NCBI GenBank assembly: GCA_045586685.1
Contig: JAZNAU010000038.1
Location: 15,904 to 79,903, forward strand
Source of the DNA: Clostridia bacterium
GTDB taxonomy: Bacteria; Bacillota; Clostridia; HGM11514
DNA length: 64,000 nucleotides
Direction: 5' to 3'
The notes below the pieces were generated by a model, which saw nothing but the letters and a program-made list of their open reading frames with translations, had not been told where the DNA came from and ran no database searches. Of the stretch, positions 48,060-56,792 are shown in pieces (the stretch's first letter is position 1; the number at the start of each line of letters is the position of its first letter). Position numbers and translations under genes: made by a program.

Positions 48060-48197
48060 AAAAGTGCGGCAGAAGAAAAAACTTCCGCCGCAAAGTGAAA
48101 TAAAGGGGGTCTCAATATTTTGTGAGGTCCATAACATAAGATTCCCTTGTTTCGGATTTTTATTCTAATTTTAAAAACTTTTTTGGAGATGTTTTTC

Positions 48198-49547
48198 ATG
48201 AAATTTTTATTACTGCTTTTATGTGTATGGTTTACCAAAATTACCATTTTCTTTTGTAAACTGGTTGGCCATAACGGCACCAATCTGGCAGGGAAAGTTG
48301 TTGTTCGGGTATATCCTAAGATTCTAACCCACCTGTCCCGTCAGGTCAGAGAGAAAATCATTGTGGTATGCGGTACCAACGGAAAAACCACCACCAATAA
48401 TGTAATCGATAAGCTGTTAACTGACAAAGGAAACAAGGTGGTTTGCAATCGCTTGGGCGCTAATATGACAGAAGGCGCCATTGTAGCCTTCATCCGCGAA
48501 ACAAATTTATTTGGAAAACTGGATGCGGATTTTGCCTGTCTGGAGGTTGACGAAGGATATGCCCAAAAGCTGTTTTGTTACTTTGAACCGGATTTTTTGA
48601 TTATCAACAATCTGTTTCGCGACCAGTTGGATCGGTATGGAGAAATTGATTTGACCATTGGAATGTTGGACAATGCCATAAAAAAACTGTCCAAAACCAC
48701 TTTAGTATTAAATGCAGACGACCCTCTTTGCACCCAATTTGCAAAACGCCATTCCTTAAAAACGGTATATTACGGAATTGAACAAAATCTGAACATTGCC
48801 TTAGACGAAATTAGAGAAAGCCGTTTTTGTCCCATTTGCGGTGCAGAGCTTTCGTATGACTATTATCATTATAGTCAGTTGGGTCAATATCATTGTCCCC
48901 AATGTGATTTCCAACGTCCCCAAATCCATTACGGTGCTAACAAAATTTCCTTTAACAAAGGTTTGTCTTTTTGTGTAAACGAAAAACCCATTACCTTCAA
49001 TTACAGAGGTTTGTATAACATTTATAACGTCCTTGCAGCGTATGCTGTCATTGACCAATGCGGATTGACAACGGATGATATTAACGATATTTTGTCCACC
49101 TATCGTCCCCAAATCGGAAGAATGGAGGAATTTTCCTTCTCTCAAAAAAAGGTGATACTAAACATGGGAAAGAATCCTGCGGGCTTTAATCAGGGAATTT
49201 CCACAGTTGCACTGGATACCTCCAAAAAGGACGTGATTCTTTCCATAAATGATTATATTCAGGACGGAACGGATGTTTCGTGGCTTTGGGATGTAGATGT
49301 TGAAAAATTACAAGAAAATACTCGTCATATTACCACTTGCGGACTACGAAGATACGATTTACTGCTTCGTTTGAAATACGCAGATTTTTCCAGTATCTCT
49401 ACCCAAGAATCTATGAAAAATGCAATTCGAGAGGCTCTGAATAGTGACAGTGAAATTGTGTATATTCTGGCAAATTATTCCGCAACCTTTACCACTCATG
49501 CAATTTTAAAAGAAATGCTGAAGGAAGAAGGGGGTAAAAACACATGA
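48198..49547 (+). CDS. murT: Lipid II isoglutaminyl synthase subunit MurT (Mur-ligase family with a DUF1727 C-terminus)
   Basis: VCGTNGKTTTNN P-loop and Cys4 ribbon CPICG...CPQC. A GGAGA RBS lies 8 nt before 48198. Overlaps gatD by 4 nt. Confidence 0.88.
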   Translation: MKFLLLLLCVWFTKITIFFCKLVGHNGTNLAGKVVVRVYPKILTHLSRQVREKIIVVCGTNGKTTTNNVIDKLLTDKGNKVVCNRLGANMTEGAIVAFIRETNLFGKLDADFACLEVDEGYAQKLFCYFEPDFLIINNLFRDQLDRYGEIDLTIGMLDNAIKKLSKTTLVLNADDPLCTQFAKRHSLKTVYYGIEQNLNIALDEIRESRFCPICGAELSYDYYHYSQLGQYHCPQCDFQRPQIHYGANKISFNKGLSFCVNEKPITFNYRGLYNIYNVLAAYAVIDQCGLTTDDINDILSTYRPQIGRMEEFSFSQKKVILNMGKNPAGFNQGISTVALDTSKKDVILSINDYIQDGTDVSWLWDVDVEKLQENTRHITTCGLRRYDLLLRLKYADFSSISTQESMKNAIREALNSDSEIVYILANYSATFTTHAILKEMLKEEGGKNT

Positions 49548-50269
49548 ATTACAGTATTACAATCGGACATTTGTATCCTGATTTGTTGAATTTATACGGT
49601 GACCGCGGCAATATTGCCGCACTGCAAAAACGGCTTATATGGCGAGGAATTTCAGCAGAAGTAAAAGAATTTGAGTTAAATGACGAAATTGACTTTTCGA
49701 AACTGGATTTGGTGTTTATAGGTGGCGGCAGTGACCGGGAACAACGTCTTGTTTGCAACAGACTGTCAGAACAAAAAGCTGCACTCCAAGAATACATTGA
49801 ATCAAATGGAGTTTTGATGGCAGTGTGTGGCGGATACCAGTTATTGGGAAACTATTATGAACTGGCAAACGAAACCATTGAAGGGCTAGGGCTTTTGGAT
49901 TTTTATACCAAAAACAAACCTGAACGGTTAATGGGAAAAGTTGTAATTCAAAGCGGACTATTTGATGATTATATCGTTGGATTTGAAAATCACGGCGGAA
50001 GAACCTATACAAATCACCTTCCCTTAGGAATGGTAAAACACGGCAAAGGAAACAATGGTGAGGATCATATGGAGGGAGTGGTTTACAAAAATGTAATTGG
50101 CACCTATCTTCATGGTCCTGTTCTGCCCGCCAACCCCAAGCTGACAGATTGGTTGCTGACCCAAAGTTTAAAACGAAAGTACGGTTCTGACACACCTGTA
50201 CTGTCTCCCTTGGATGATAGTTATGAAGATGCAGCAAGAAACCATATTGTGCGAAAATTTGTAAAATAA
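49544..50269 (+). CDS. gatD: Lipid II isoglutaminyl synthase glutaminase subunit GatD (CobQ-type amidotransferase)
   Basis: YGDRGN, AVCGGYQLLG (nucleophile Cys), GFENHGGRT, TYLHGP. Confidence 0.88.
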   Translation: MNYSITIGHLYPDLLNLYGDRGNIAALQKRLIWRGISAEVKEFELNDEIDFSKLDLVFIGGGSDREQRLVCNRLSEQKAALQEYIESNGVLMAVCGGYQLLGNYYELANETIEGLGLLDFYTKNKPERLMGKVVIQSGLFDDYIVGFENHGGRTYTNHLPLGMVKHGKGNNGEDHMEGVVYKNVIGTYLHGPVLPANPKLTDWLLTQSLKRKYGSDTPVLSPLDDSYEDAARNHIVRKFVK

Positions 50270-50290
50270 AAAAGGGCAATGCCCTTTTTT
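50268..50290. terminator. Bidirectional terminator between gatD and htrA
   Basis: AAAAGGGC-AAT-GCCCTTTTTT. Confidence 0.7.
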
Positions 50291-51581
50291 ATTGTTCTTG
50301 AACCGGCTTATCCTCTCCTAATTCCACTTTCAAGGTAATGGTTTCCCCGTTTCTGTTTACTTCAAATTCCAATTCGTCCCCTACCTGATACTCATCTCGA
50401 ATTTCATTGATTTCTTCAATAGAACGCACATCCTGACCGTTCACCTTTCGAATGACATCACCTGATTTGATTCCGCCCTTCTCAGCACCGGAGAATGGTG
50501 CCACTTCAACCACATAAACTCCTTGAGGAAAACCGTACATTTTTGACATCTGCTCCGTAATTTCACGTCCTGAAAAACCGATTAAAGGACGTCCCTGCAC
50601 ATAACCAAATTCCATTAAATCTTCAATGACAGTTTTGGCTTCATTGACCGGAATAGCAAACCCAAGACCCTCTATCTGACTGGAGGAAATCTTTGCAGAG
50701 TTGATTCCGATAACCTCTCCATAAGCGTTTACCAAGGCACCACCTGAATTACCGGGGTTGATGGCAGCGTCAGTCTGAATTAGATTCAGAGTAATCCCTT
50801 CATCTACCTCCATCGTTCTGTTCAGGGCGCTGATAACTCCTTTGGTAACCGTACCCGCAAATTCAGTTCCCAAGGGGTTCCCAATAGCAATCACAGATTC
50901 TCCTGTTGCCAAATCGGAAGAATCCCCTAATACAGCATAAGGATATTCTCCGTTCTCCTGTATTTTCAAAAGAGCCAAATCAGTTCTGGAATCAGAACCA
51001 ATCAATTCTGCAGGATATTCTTCACCGGTAGAAAAAATAATCTTTAATTCTGTTGCCCCTTCTACTACATGATTGTTGGTAATAACATACCCTTCTTCAT
51101 TCATGATAATACCTGAACCGCTTCCCTGCTCCACCGACTGAGAAAAGAAGGTAGTATTATTGCTGATCCCTACAACAGCAGGGCCTACCTTTGCTGCAAT
51201 TTCTTCATCTGTCATTTTCACTCTCTGGTCGTTATCAATATTCACCTTTTCCGCATCATCTGTTTTTTCAACAGAATAAAAGCTGACAGCAGGTCCACCG
51301 CCAATCCCTCGATTTCCGCCGCTTAATCCAAGAATCAGTCCGGCACCTAAAACGCTTCCTAATACCGCGCCGATTGCTACAAAGGCAACCGCACGAAAGC
51401 CACTCTCTTTTTTGGTATTTTTCACCTTTTCTCTATAAAAAGGCTGAGGGCGATAATTGTTATAAGAGGGTTGTGTATATTGTACAGGCGGTGTCACAGG
51501 TTGTTCCCGAACTGTGTTTTCCGATTTATCCCTATCATTTTCTTGGTTCCCCCATTGATATTCTCTTTTATTTTCATCCAT
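50289..51581 (-). CDS. htrA: HtrA/DegP-family serine protease with a TM anchor and one PDZ domain
   Basis: Catalytic triad context TNNHVV, DLALLK and GNSGGAL, plus a C-terminal PDZ. Confidence 0.88.
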   Translation of the reverse strand: MDENKREYQWGNQENDRDKSENTVREQPVTPPVQYTQPSYNNYRPQPFYREKVKNTKKESGFRAVAFVAIGAVLGSVLGAGLILGLSGGNRGIGGGPAVSFYSVEKTDDAEKVNIDNDQRVKMTDEEIAAKVGPAVVGISNNTTFFSQSVEQGSGSGIIMNEEGYVITNNHVVEGATELKIIFSTGEEYPAELIGSDSRTDLALLKIQENGEYPYAVLGDSSDLATGESVIAIGNPLGTEFAGTVTKGVISALNRTMEVDEGITLNLIQTDAAINPGNSGGALVNAYGEVIGINSAKISSSQIEGLGFAIPVNEAKTVIEDLMEFGYVQGRPLIGFSGREITEQMSKMYGFPQGVYVVEVAPFSGAEKGGIKSGDVIRKVNGQDVRSIEEINEIRDEYQVGDELEFEVNRNGETITLKVELGEDKPVQEQ

Positions 51582-51666
51582 GGAAAATTCCTCCGTTTTC
51601 TTCTTTCTCGTCTATAGTATACGTCCAATTTTTTAAAACAATGTGAACAAATTGTAAATTTTGTTA

Positions 51667-53079
51667 TTATGATTGTCTGGGCAGACAAAATGTAAATTGC
51701 GTTCCCTGTTCCGAATTACTGATCACACGAATAGATTGATCATGCCTTAAAAGAATGGATTTCACAATATGCAGTCCTAAACCCGTTCCGTTTTTATTGA
51801 TTCCTCTGGATTGGTCTGCTTTATAAAATCGGTCAAAAATATGACTTAACATATCAGGAGGAATGACCTCTCCCGTGTTTGTGATTTCAACTTTTACCAG
51901 TGTCGATTTCTCTTTCAGACCAATAAAAATTTTACCTTTTTCTGGTGTAAATTTTACAGCATTATCCAATAAATTTGTGACAACACGCAAAATCCCGTCC
52001 CTATCGGCATGAACATTTTGTACCTCTCGGCAAAATTCCACCGAAACATCAATTTGTTTTTCTGTGATTCTCGATTCCATTCCAATCAGCACCAGCCGAA
52101 TCAACTCGTTCAAATCAAAGATGCTTTTTTGCAATTCCTCTTTATTGCTCCGTTCCATGTAAAGCAAATCGTTTACCAGGCGGGTCATTCTCTTTACCTC
52201 ATCCAATACAATAGAAAGATATTGTTCTTTCTTGTTTTCAGGAATGGTGCCGTCCAGCAAGCCTGCCACAAAACCCCCTATGGTCGTAAGAGGAGATCGA
52301 AGCTCGTGAGATACATTTGCCACAAAGGAACGTCTGTTTTGCTCCAACTCATCCAAGGATTTTGCCATATGATTAAAGGCAACGGAAAGTTCTCCCATTT
52401 CGTCGTCACGAAAACCTGAAATCCGAACATCAAACTTCCCCTGTGCAAACTCTTCTGCCGCCAGCTTCATCTTTCGAATGGGCCTTGAAATTCTTTGGGA
52501 AACAAAGAAAGCAAAAGCAAAAGAAACGGCAAGGGAAATCAGCACAGATAGTAATAATATACGAAAAACATTCATCATTAGAAAATGAATCTGGGGCATG
52601 GGTGAGGAAATAAACAGCACTCCCCCAATCTCTCCCCGAAGAACAAGGGGCAAAATAATATTCAGCCGTTTCTCCCGAAAGGTTCCGTCCAAATCGCCCC
52701 ATTGCCGTACAGTTTTCCCTTCCAAAACCCTATCCATCACACCAACAGATAGCTTTGTCCCAACCTTGGGACTTTGATTCCCTTTTGCCGCAAGCATAAT
52801 CTGTCCTGAAATATCGGTAATAAAAATAGAACTGTTCAACTGATAAGAGTAAGAATTCAAGCTTCTTTGAAATAAATCATAAGCCTCCTCGCTGTCATTC
52901 TCAAGCAAAAAAACAGTTAAATTTCTGATTTCCTGTGCATTTTGCATCAAGGACTTTTCCTCGCTCACCAGCACATATCGTCGCATCATAAGGGTAAGAG
53001 AGCTTCCCGTAATCAGAGAAAAAATCAAAATTACAAGCAAAGTACTCCAAAGTATTTTTGAAAAAATTCCTTTTGGCAT
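51667..53079 (-). CDS. Sensor histidine kinase (2 TM, HAMP, HisKA, HATPase_c)
   Basis: H-box SHELRSPLT, N-box LLDNAVKF, G-boxes GTGLGL. Confidence 0.88.
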   Translation of the reverse strand: MPKGIFSKILWSTLLVILIFSLITGSSLTLMMRRYVLVSEEKSLMQNAQEIRNLTVFLLENDSEEAYDLFQRSLNSYSYQLNSSIFITDISGQIMLAAKGNQSPKVGTKLSVGVMDRVLEGKTVRQWGDLDGTFREKRLNIILPLVLRGEIGGVLFISSPMPQIHFLMMNVFRILLLSVLISLAVSFAFAFFVSQRISRPIRKMKLAAEEFAQGKFDVRISGFRDDEMGELSVAFNHMAKSLDELEQNRRSFVANVSHELRSPLTTIGGFVAGLLDGTIPENKKEQYLSIVLDEVKRMTRLVNDLLYMERSNKEELQKSIFDLNELIRLVLIGMESRITEKQIDVSVEFCREVQNVHADRDGILRVVTNLLDNAVKFTPEKGKIFIGLKEKSTLVKVEITNTGEVIPPDMLSHIFDRFYKADQSRGINKNGTGLGLHIVKSILLRHDQSIRVISNSEQGTQFTFCLPRQS

Positions 53080-53772
53080 TTACCGTCTCACCTCAAATTT
53101 ATAACCTACACCGTAAACAGTTTTTAACTGCCAATAAGAGGATTCTCCCAATTTTTCCCGAATCCGCTTGATGTGCACATCCACCGTACGGTCTGCACCA
53201 AAATAATCGTATCCCCATACCTGATTCAAAAGTTGGTCTCGGGTAAATACCTGATTGGGGTGTGAACTTAAAAAGAAAAGAACTTCCAGCTCTTTTGGCG
53301 GTACCTCGAGACTTTTTCCGTTTACCTTTAGCTCGTAATTGGTCATATTCACAGAAAGTCCCGGATACACAACCTCCTGATGTTCTCCGCCGCCTCCGTG
53401 ATCCCCGCTGCGACGTAATACAGCTTTGATTCTGGCGACTAACTCTTTGGTTTCAAAGGGCTTGACCATATAATCATCTGCACCGAGCTCAAGTCCCAAC
53501 ACCTTATCAAAGGTTTCTCCCTTTGCTGTTAACATAATCACAGGAATATCACTGATTTTACGAATTTCACGGCACACAGACAACCCATCCATTTTTGGCA
53601 GCATCAAATCAAGAATCACTAACGAGGGTGGCGCAGACTGAAAAAGTTTGATTGCCTGCTCTCCGTCGTATGCCTGAACAGTCTCGTACCCTTCCTTGTC
53701 CAGATACATCCGAATCAATTCGTTGATATTACGGTCGTCATCCACCACCAATATTTTAACGGATTCTTGCAT
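53080..53772 (-). CDS. OmpR/PhoB-family response regulator
   Basis: Receiver domain (ILVVDDD...DLMLPKMDG...KPF) plus a winged-helix output domain (RTVDVHIKRIREKL). Confidence 0.9.
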   Translation of the reverse strand: MQESVKILVVDDDRNINELIRMYLDKEGYETVQAYDGEQAIKLFQSAPPSLVILDLMLPKMDGLSVCREIRKISDIPVIMLTAKGETFDKVLGLELGADDYMVKPFETKELVARIKAVLRRSGDHGGGGEHQEVVYPGLSVNMTNYELKVNGKSLEVPPKELEVLFFLSSHPNQVFTRDQLLNQVWGYDYFGADRTVDVHIKRIREKLGESSYWQLKTVYGVGYKFEVRR

Positions 53773-53810
53773 AAGTACCCCTCCCGAAGAAAAAATACAC
53801 TTTTATTTGT

Positions 53811-53890
53811 TATTTATTATATCATTTTCTTCTTTGCTTTGTCAATCTACATATCTTTTTCTTTCAAAACATTTTATTTGTTGCATAAAA
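53811..53890. repeat. Copy A of an ~80-bp duplicated bidirectional promoter module
   Basis: Aligns with 55172-55252. Shared blocks are TTTGTCAA, CATATCTTTTTCTT (14/14), CAAAA, TTTTATTT and GTTG-ATAA. Confidence 0.75.
53816..53845 (-). promoter_or_regulatory. Promoter of the RR-HK(-htrA) operon
   Basis: TTGACA-18 nt-TATAAT on the minus strand, inside repeat copy A. Confidence 0.7.
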
Positions 53891-53916
53891 AACGGGGGAG
53901 CTATCTCCCCCATTTT
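53888..53916 (-). terminator. Terminator 3' of the capA-family gene
   Basis: GGGGGAG-ATAG-CTCCCCC followed by T6 on the minus strand. Confidence 0.75.
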
Positions 53917-54013
53917 CAATAACACAACAACTCCGTCCCCTTGCCTCACATAACTCCCTTAATTTACTCATATACAGTTTTCATAATATCCGTTAGTTCA
54001 TTCCCCAACATAC

Positions 54014-55099
54014 TCATTCAACTTCATTTCGATAATTTGCTGTTTTAAACAGCTCACGCAATACATCAGCATGTGCTTCACAATCAAGATAGTGCGCAAG
54101 CTTGGTATCACCCCTAGTTTCCTCACTTGATTCTTCACTTTGATTGACTGCTGGGATATATGTACCCTTAACTCTCTCGCAGAATTCATGCCATCCGGCT
54201 TTCCATGTGCCATCTTTTAGACTTTCATTTCGCATCGAAAAGTCTGACATTATTTTATCCTTAACCTCACCTTTTGCAAGCTCAATACCGAACTGGGTAT
54301 TGACAGTAGGAATAAACTCGATTGCATTTGATTTGGTATCATACTTTACCATAAGTGACTGACACCATAAATCGGTTGTATTGTCTGTAATGAAGTGAAA
54401 ATTACCTTGACCATAAAGGATGTGTGCATCTTTATAATTTTCATAACAGCCAATACAGTGTGTATGCTGACATAAAACTACATCAGCACCATTATGAACC
54501 ATTTCACGACATGCCTTTATAAGTCGAGGTGACGGATATTGACAATGCTCCTTTGCTCCATGATACAACACTATTACTCTGTCAGCTTCCGCTTTTGCTT
54601 TTCGTATATCCTCCATTGTTTCAAACGGGTCAAACGGACGGCTTCCCATACGTTTTTCAAGTGCATATGAATATTCATGTTCACAGACAGCCACAAATGC
54701 AACCTTTTCTCCGTCCTTTTCTACAATATAATTTTTTCTTGAATCATTATAATTTTTACCAAAACCTGTATATGCGATTCCTACTTCATCAAGCACTTTC
54801 ATTGTATCTAAAGCACCCTCTTTTCCAAAATCAAAAATGTGATTATTGGAAAGACCGCAAAGGGTTGTTCCTATACTTTTAAGCACTTCTGCTGCTTCTC
54901 GACACACCTTTAAATTTGGTCCAAATTTTTTTATGGCATTTTCCGATTCGGTAATCGCACACTCTACATTAACAAAAGTTGCATCATTACCCTCAAACAA
55001 AGGCAGAGTATCGTTAAAAAGCAAATTCATATCTTTTGCTTTGATAACACTCATATTTTTTTCTTTCGCACAAAAATCACCAAGTAATAATGTTTTCAT
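54014..55099 (-). CDS. CapA-family (PGA_cap) metallophosphoesterase-like protein, no signal peptide
   Basis: MKTLLLGDF..., FVNVECAIT, GLSNNHIFDFG, VLYHGAKE, CQHTHCIG. RBS is GAGGAGGAG. Confidence 0.8.
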   Translation of the reverse strand: MKTLLLGDFCAKEKNMSVIKAKDMNLLFNDTLPLFEGNDATFVNVECAITESENAIKKFGPNLKVCREAAEVLKSIGTTLCGLSNNHIFDFGKEGALDTMKVLDEVGIAYTGFGKNYNDSRKNYIVEKDGEKVAFVAVCEHEYSYALEKRMGSRPFDPFETMEDIRKAKAEADRVIVLYHGAKEHCQYPSPRLIKACREMVHNGADVVLCQHTHCIGCYENYKDAHILYGQGNFHFITDNTTDLWCQSLMVKYDTKSNAIEFIPTVNTQFGIELAKGEVKDKIMSDFSMRNESLKDGTWKAGWHEFCERVKGTYIPAVNQSEESSEETRGDTKLAHYLDCEAHADVLRELFKTANYRNEVE

Positions 55100-55177
55100 T
55101 TTATCTCTCCTCCTCTAAATGAAGCTAGCCTTTAACAAAGTTACACGCCTATTTACTCTTGACAGTATTTTTCGTTT

Positions 55178-55207
55178 ATTGTATCACATTTTCCTTTATT
55201 TTGTCAA
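55178..55207 (-). promoter_or_regulatory. Promoter of the capA-family gene
   Basis: TTGACA-18 nt-TACAAT on the minus strand, homologous to the RR operon promoter. Confidence 0.65.
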
Positions 55208-55223
55208 GCCTCATATCTTTTTC

Positions 55224-55252
55224 TTGCAAAATTTTTTATTTTGTTGTATAAT
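55224..55252 (+). promoter_or_regulatory. Promoter of ychF
   Basis: TTGCAA-17 nt-TATAAT. Confidence 0.7.
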
Positions 55253-55290
55253 AGAGTTAATACATATATTAAGTTAGGAATGAGACAAAT

Positions 55291-56391
55291 ATGAAATTAG
55301 GTATCGTAGGACTTCCCAATGTAGGAAAAAGCACGTTGTTTAACGCAATCACAAAGGCAGGTGCAGAATCTGCAAACTATCCTTTTTGTACCATTGAACC
55401 CAATGTAGGTGTTGTTGACGTGCCGGACGAACGATTAGGCGTTCTCGCAGAAATGTACAACCCCGAAAAGTTGACTCCTGCCATCGTTGAATTTGTTGAC
55501 ATTGCAGGATTGGTAAAAGGTGCAAGCCGTGGAGAGGGGTTGGGAAATAAATTTTTATCCCATATCCGTGAGGTAGATGCAATCGTTCATGTAGTACGTT
55601 GCTTTGAGGATGCTAACATTGTGCACGTAGAAGGCTCCATTGACCCTCTGCGTGATATTGAAACCATTACACTGGAACTGGTTTTTGCGGATTTGGAAAG
55701 TGTGGACAAGCGGTTGGAGCGCAGTGCAAAGCTAATTAAAACAGGAAATAAAATGTACGTTGAACTGGTTGAAGTACTGAAAAAACTAAAGGCTGTTTTG
55801 GATGAAGGAAAGCCTGCTTCTTCTGCAGGTCTTTCAGAAGAAGAGGAAAAGCTGATTTCCGATATGCCTCTTCTTACACAGAAAAAGGTACTGTATGCCG
55901 CCAATGTATCTGATACAGATTTTGCACAAGGTATTGAACAGAACAAATATGTGAATATGGTAAAAGAATATGCAAAAGATCAAGGAGCAGAAGTGCTTCC
56001 TATCTGTGCAAGCATGGAATGTGAAATTGCTGAACTTGACAGTCAGGAAGAAAAACTGATGTTTTTACAGGATATGGGTCTGGAAGAATCCGGCCTTGAC
56101 CGTTTGGTGAAAAAAGGATATTCTCTGTTAGGACTAATCAGTTATCTGACTGCCGGCCCTAAAGAGGTTCGTGCATGGACCATTCCCAACGGCACCAAAG
56201 CACCTCAGGCTGCAGGGAAAATCCATACAGACTTTGAAAAGGGCTTTATCCGTGCAGAAGTTGTAGCCTACGATGATTTAATCGCCTGCGGCAGCTATAA
56301 TGCCGCCAAAGAAAAGGGGCTGGTTCGTTCCGAAGGAAAAGAATATGTGTTCTGCGATGGAGATGTTGTGCTGTTTCGTTTTAATGTATAA
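55291..56391 (+). CDS. ychF: Redox-regulated ribosome-binding ATPase YchF
   Basis: MKLGIVGLPNVGKSTLFNA, DIAGLVKGAS, C-terminal TGS/DUF933 (IHTDFEKGFIRAEV). Confidence 0.95.
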   Translation: MKLGIVGLPNVGKSTLFNAITKAGAESANYPFCTIEPNVGVVDVPDERLGVLAEMYNPEKLTPAIVEFVDIAGLVKGASRGEGLGNKFLSHIREVDAIVHVVRCFEDANIVHVEGSIDPLRDIETITLELVFADLESVDKRLERSAKLIKTGNKMYVELVEVLKKLKAVLDEGKPASSAGLSEEEEKLISDMPLLTQKKVLYAANVSDTDFAQGIEQNKYVNMVKEYAKDQGAEVLPICASMECEIAELDSQEEKLMFLQDMGLEESGLDRLVKKGYSLLGLISYLTAGPKEVRAWTIPNGTKAPQAAGKIHTDFEKGFIRAEVVAYDDLIACGSYNAAKEKGLVRSEGKEYVFCDGDVVLFRFNV

Positions 56392-56453
56392 TGCAATATT
56401 ACTAATTTTTTCAAATCTTTATTGGTTATTTTTAATAAAATGAAAAAAATCTC

Positions 56454-56482
56454 TTTACAAATCTGAAAAAAACTGGTATAAT
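56454..56482 (+). promoter_or_regulatory. Promoter of the 56-codon gene
   Basis: TTTACA-17 nt-TATAAT with a TGG extended -10. Confidence 0.7.
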
Positions 56483-56499
56483 AAAATGTGAAGTAAAAT

Positions 56500-56543
56500 A
56501 GATTACCGTTCATTCTGTCGCAAGACAAAAAACGGAATAATCT
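56500..56543 (+). promoter_or_regulatory. Structured leader hairpin upstream of the 56-codon gene
   Basis: AGATTACCGTT pairs with AACGG-AA-TAATCT (11 bp, 2-nt bulge). It encloses TGTC-GCAA-GACA (GNRA tetraloop) and ends just before the AAGGAGGG SD. Confidence 0.5.
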
Positions 56544-56561
56544 CATAAGGAGGGTTTCGGT

Positions 56562-56732
56562 ATGAAAACTTATACCAAACCGTCAATGACGATTGCAAAG
56601 TTTGGCTCTAAGGAGGACATTGCTACTGGCTCTGTTTACGGACTTCAAGCACAGTTCGTGGAAACAGAAAACAGTCCCGAATTCGGTACTATCTCTGTTT
56701 TCGAAATTACAAGCCTTGGTGCTAACAGCTAA
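56562..56732 (+). CDS. Small hypothetical protein, 56 aa (not in the ORF track)
   Basis: AAGGAGGG-7 nt-ATG. Translation is MKTYTKPSMTIAKFGSKEDIATGSVYGLQAQFVETENSPEFGTISVFEITSLGANS, ending in TAA. It has its own promoter and terminator. Confidence 0.6.
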   Translation: MKTYTKPSMTIAKFGSKEDIATGSVYGLQAQFVETENSPEFGTISVFEITSLGANS

Positions 56733-56760
56733 GAACAAACAAAACATGACGTCATTTAAC

Positions 56761-56786
56761 AAAAGCAACCCATTTGGGTTGCTTTT
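56761..56786. terminator. Bidirectional terminator (small gene on +, mutY on -)
   Basis: AAAAGCAACCC-ATTT-GGGTTGCTTTT. Confidence 0.85.
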
Positions 56787-56792
56787 GTTACG

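Larger units (their letters stand above)
55172..55252. repeat. Copy B of the ~80-bp duplicated bidirectional promoter module
   Basis: See copy A. This copy carries the capA promoter (minus strand) and the ychF promoter (plus strand). Confidence 0.75.

Noticed and set aside
49716-50279. 187-aa ORF antisense to gatD.
   Set aside because: It is a shadow ORF inside a confident CDS with no RBS, and it ends in the bidirectional terminator.
56562-56732. Interpretation of the 56-aa peptide as a lasso-peptide precursor.
   Set aside because: Only the YxxPx(L/M) part of the leader motif fits. The Thr(-2) spacing and a ring-forming Asp/Glu at core position 7-9 do not line up consistently. No lasso cyclase or leader-peptidase genes are nearby. 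It is kept only as an uncharacterised small protein.
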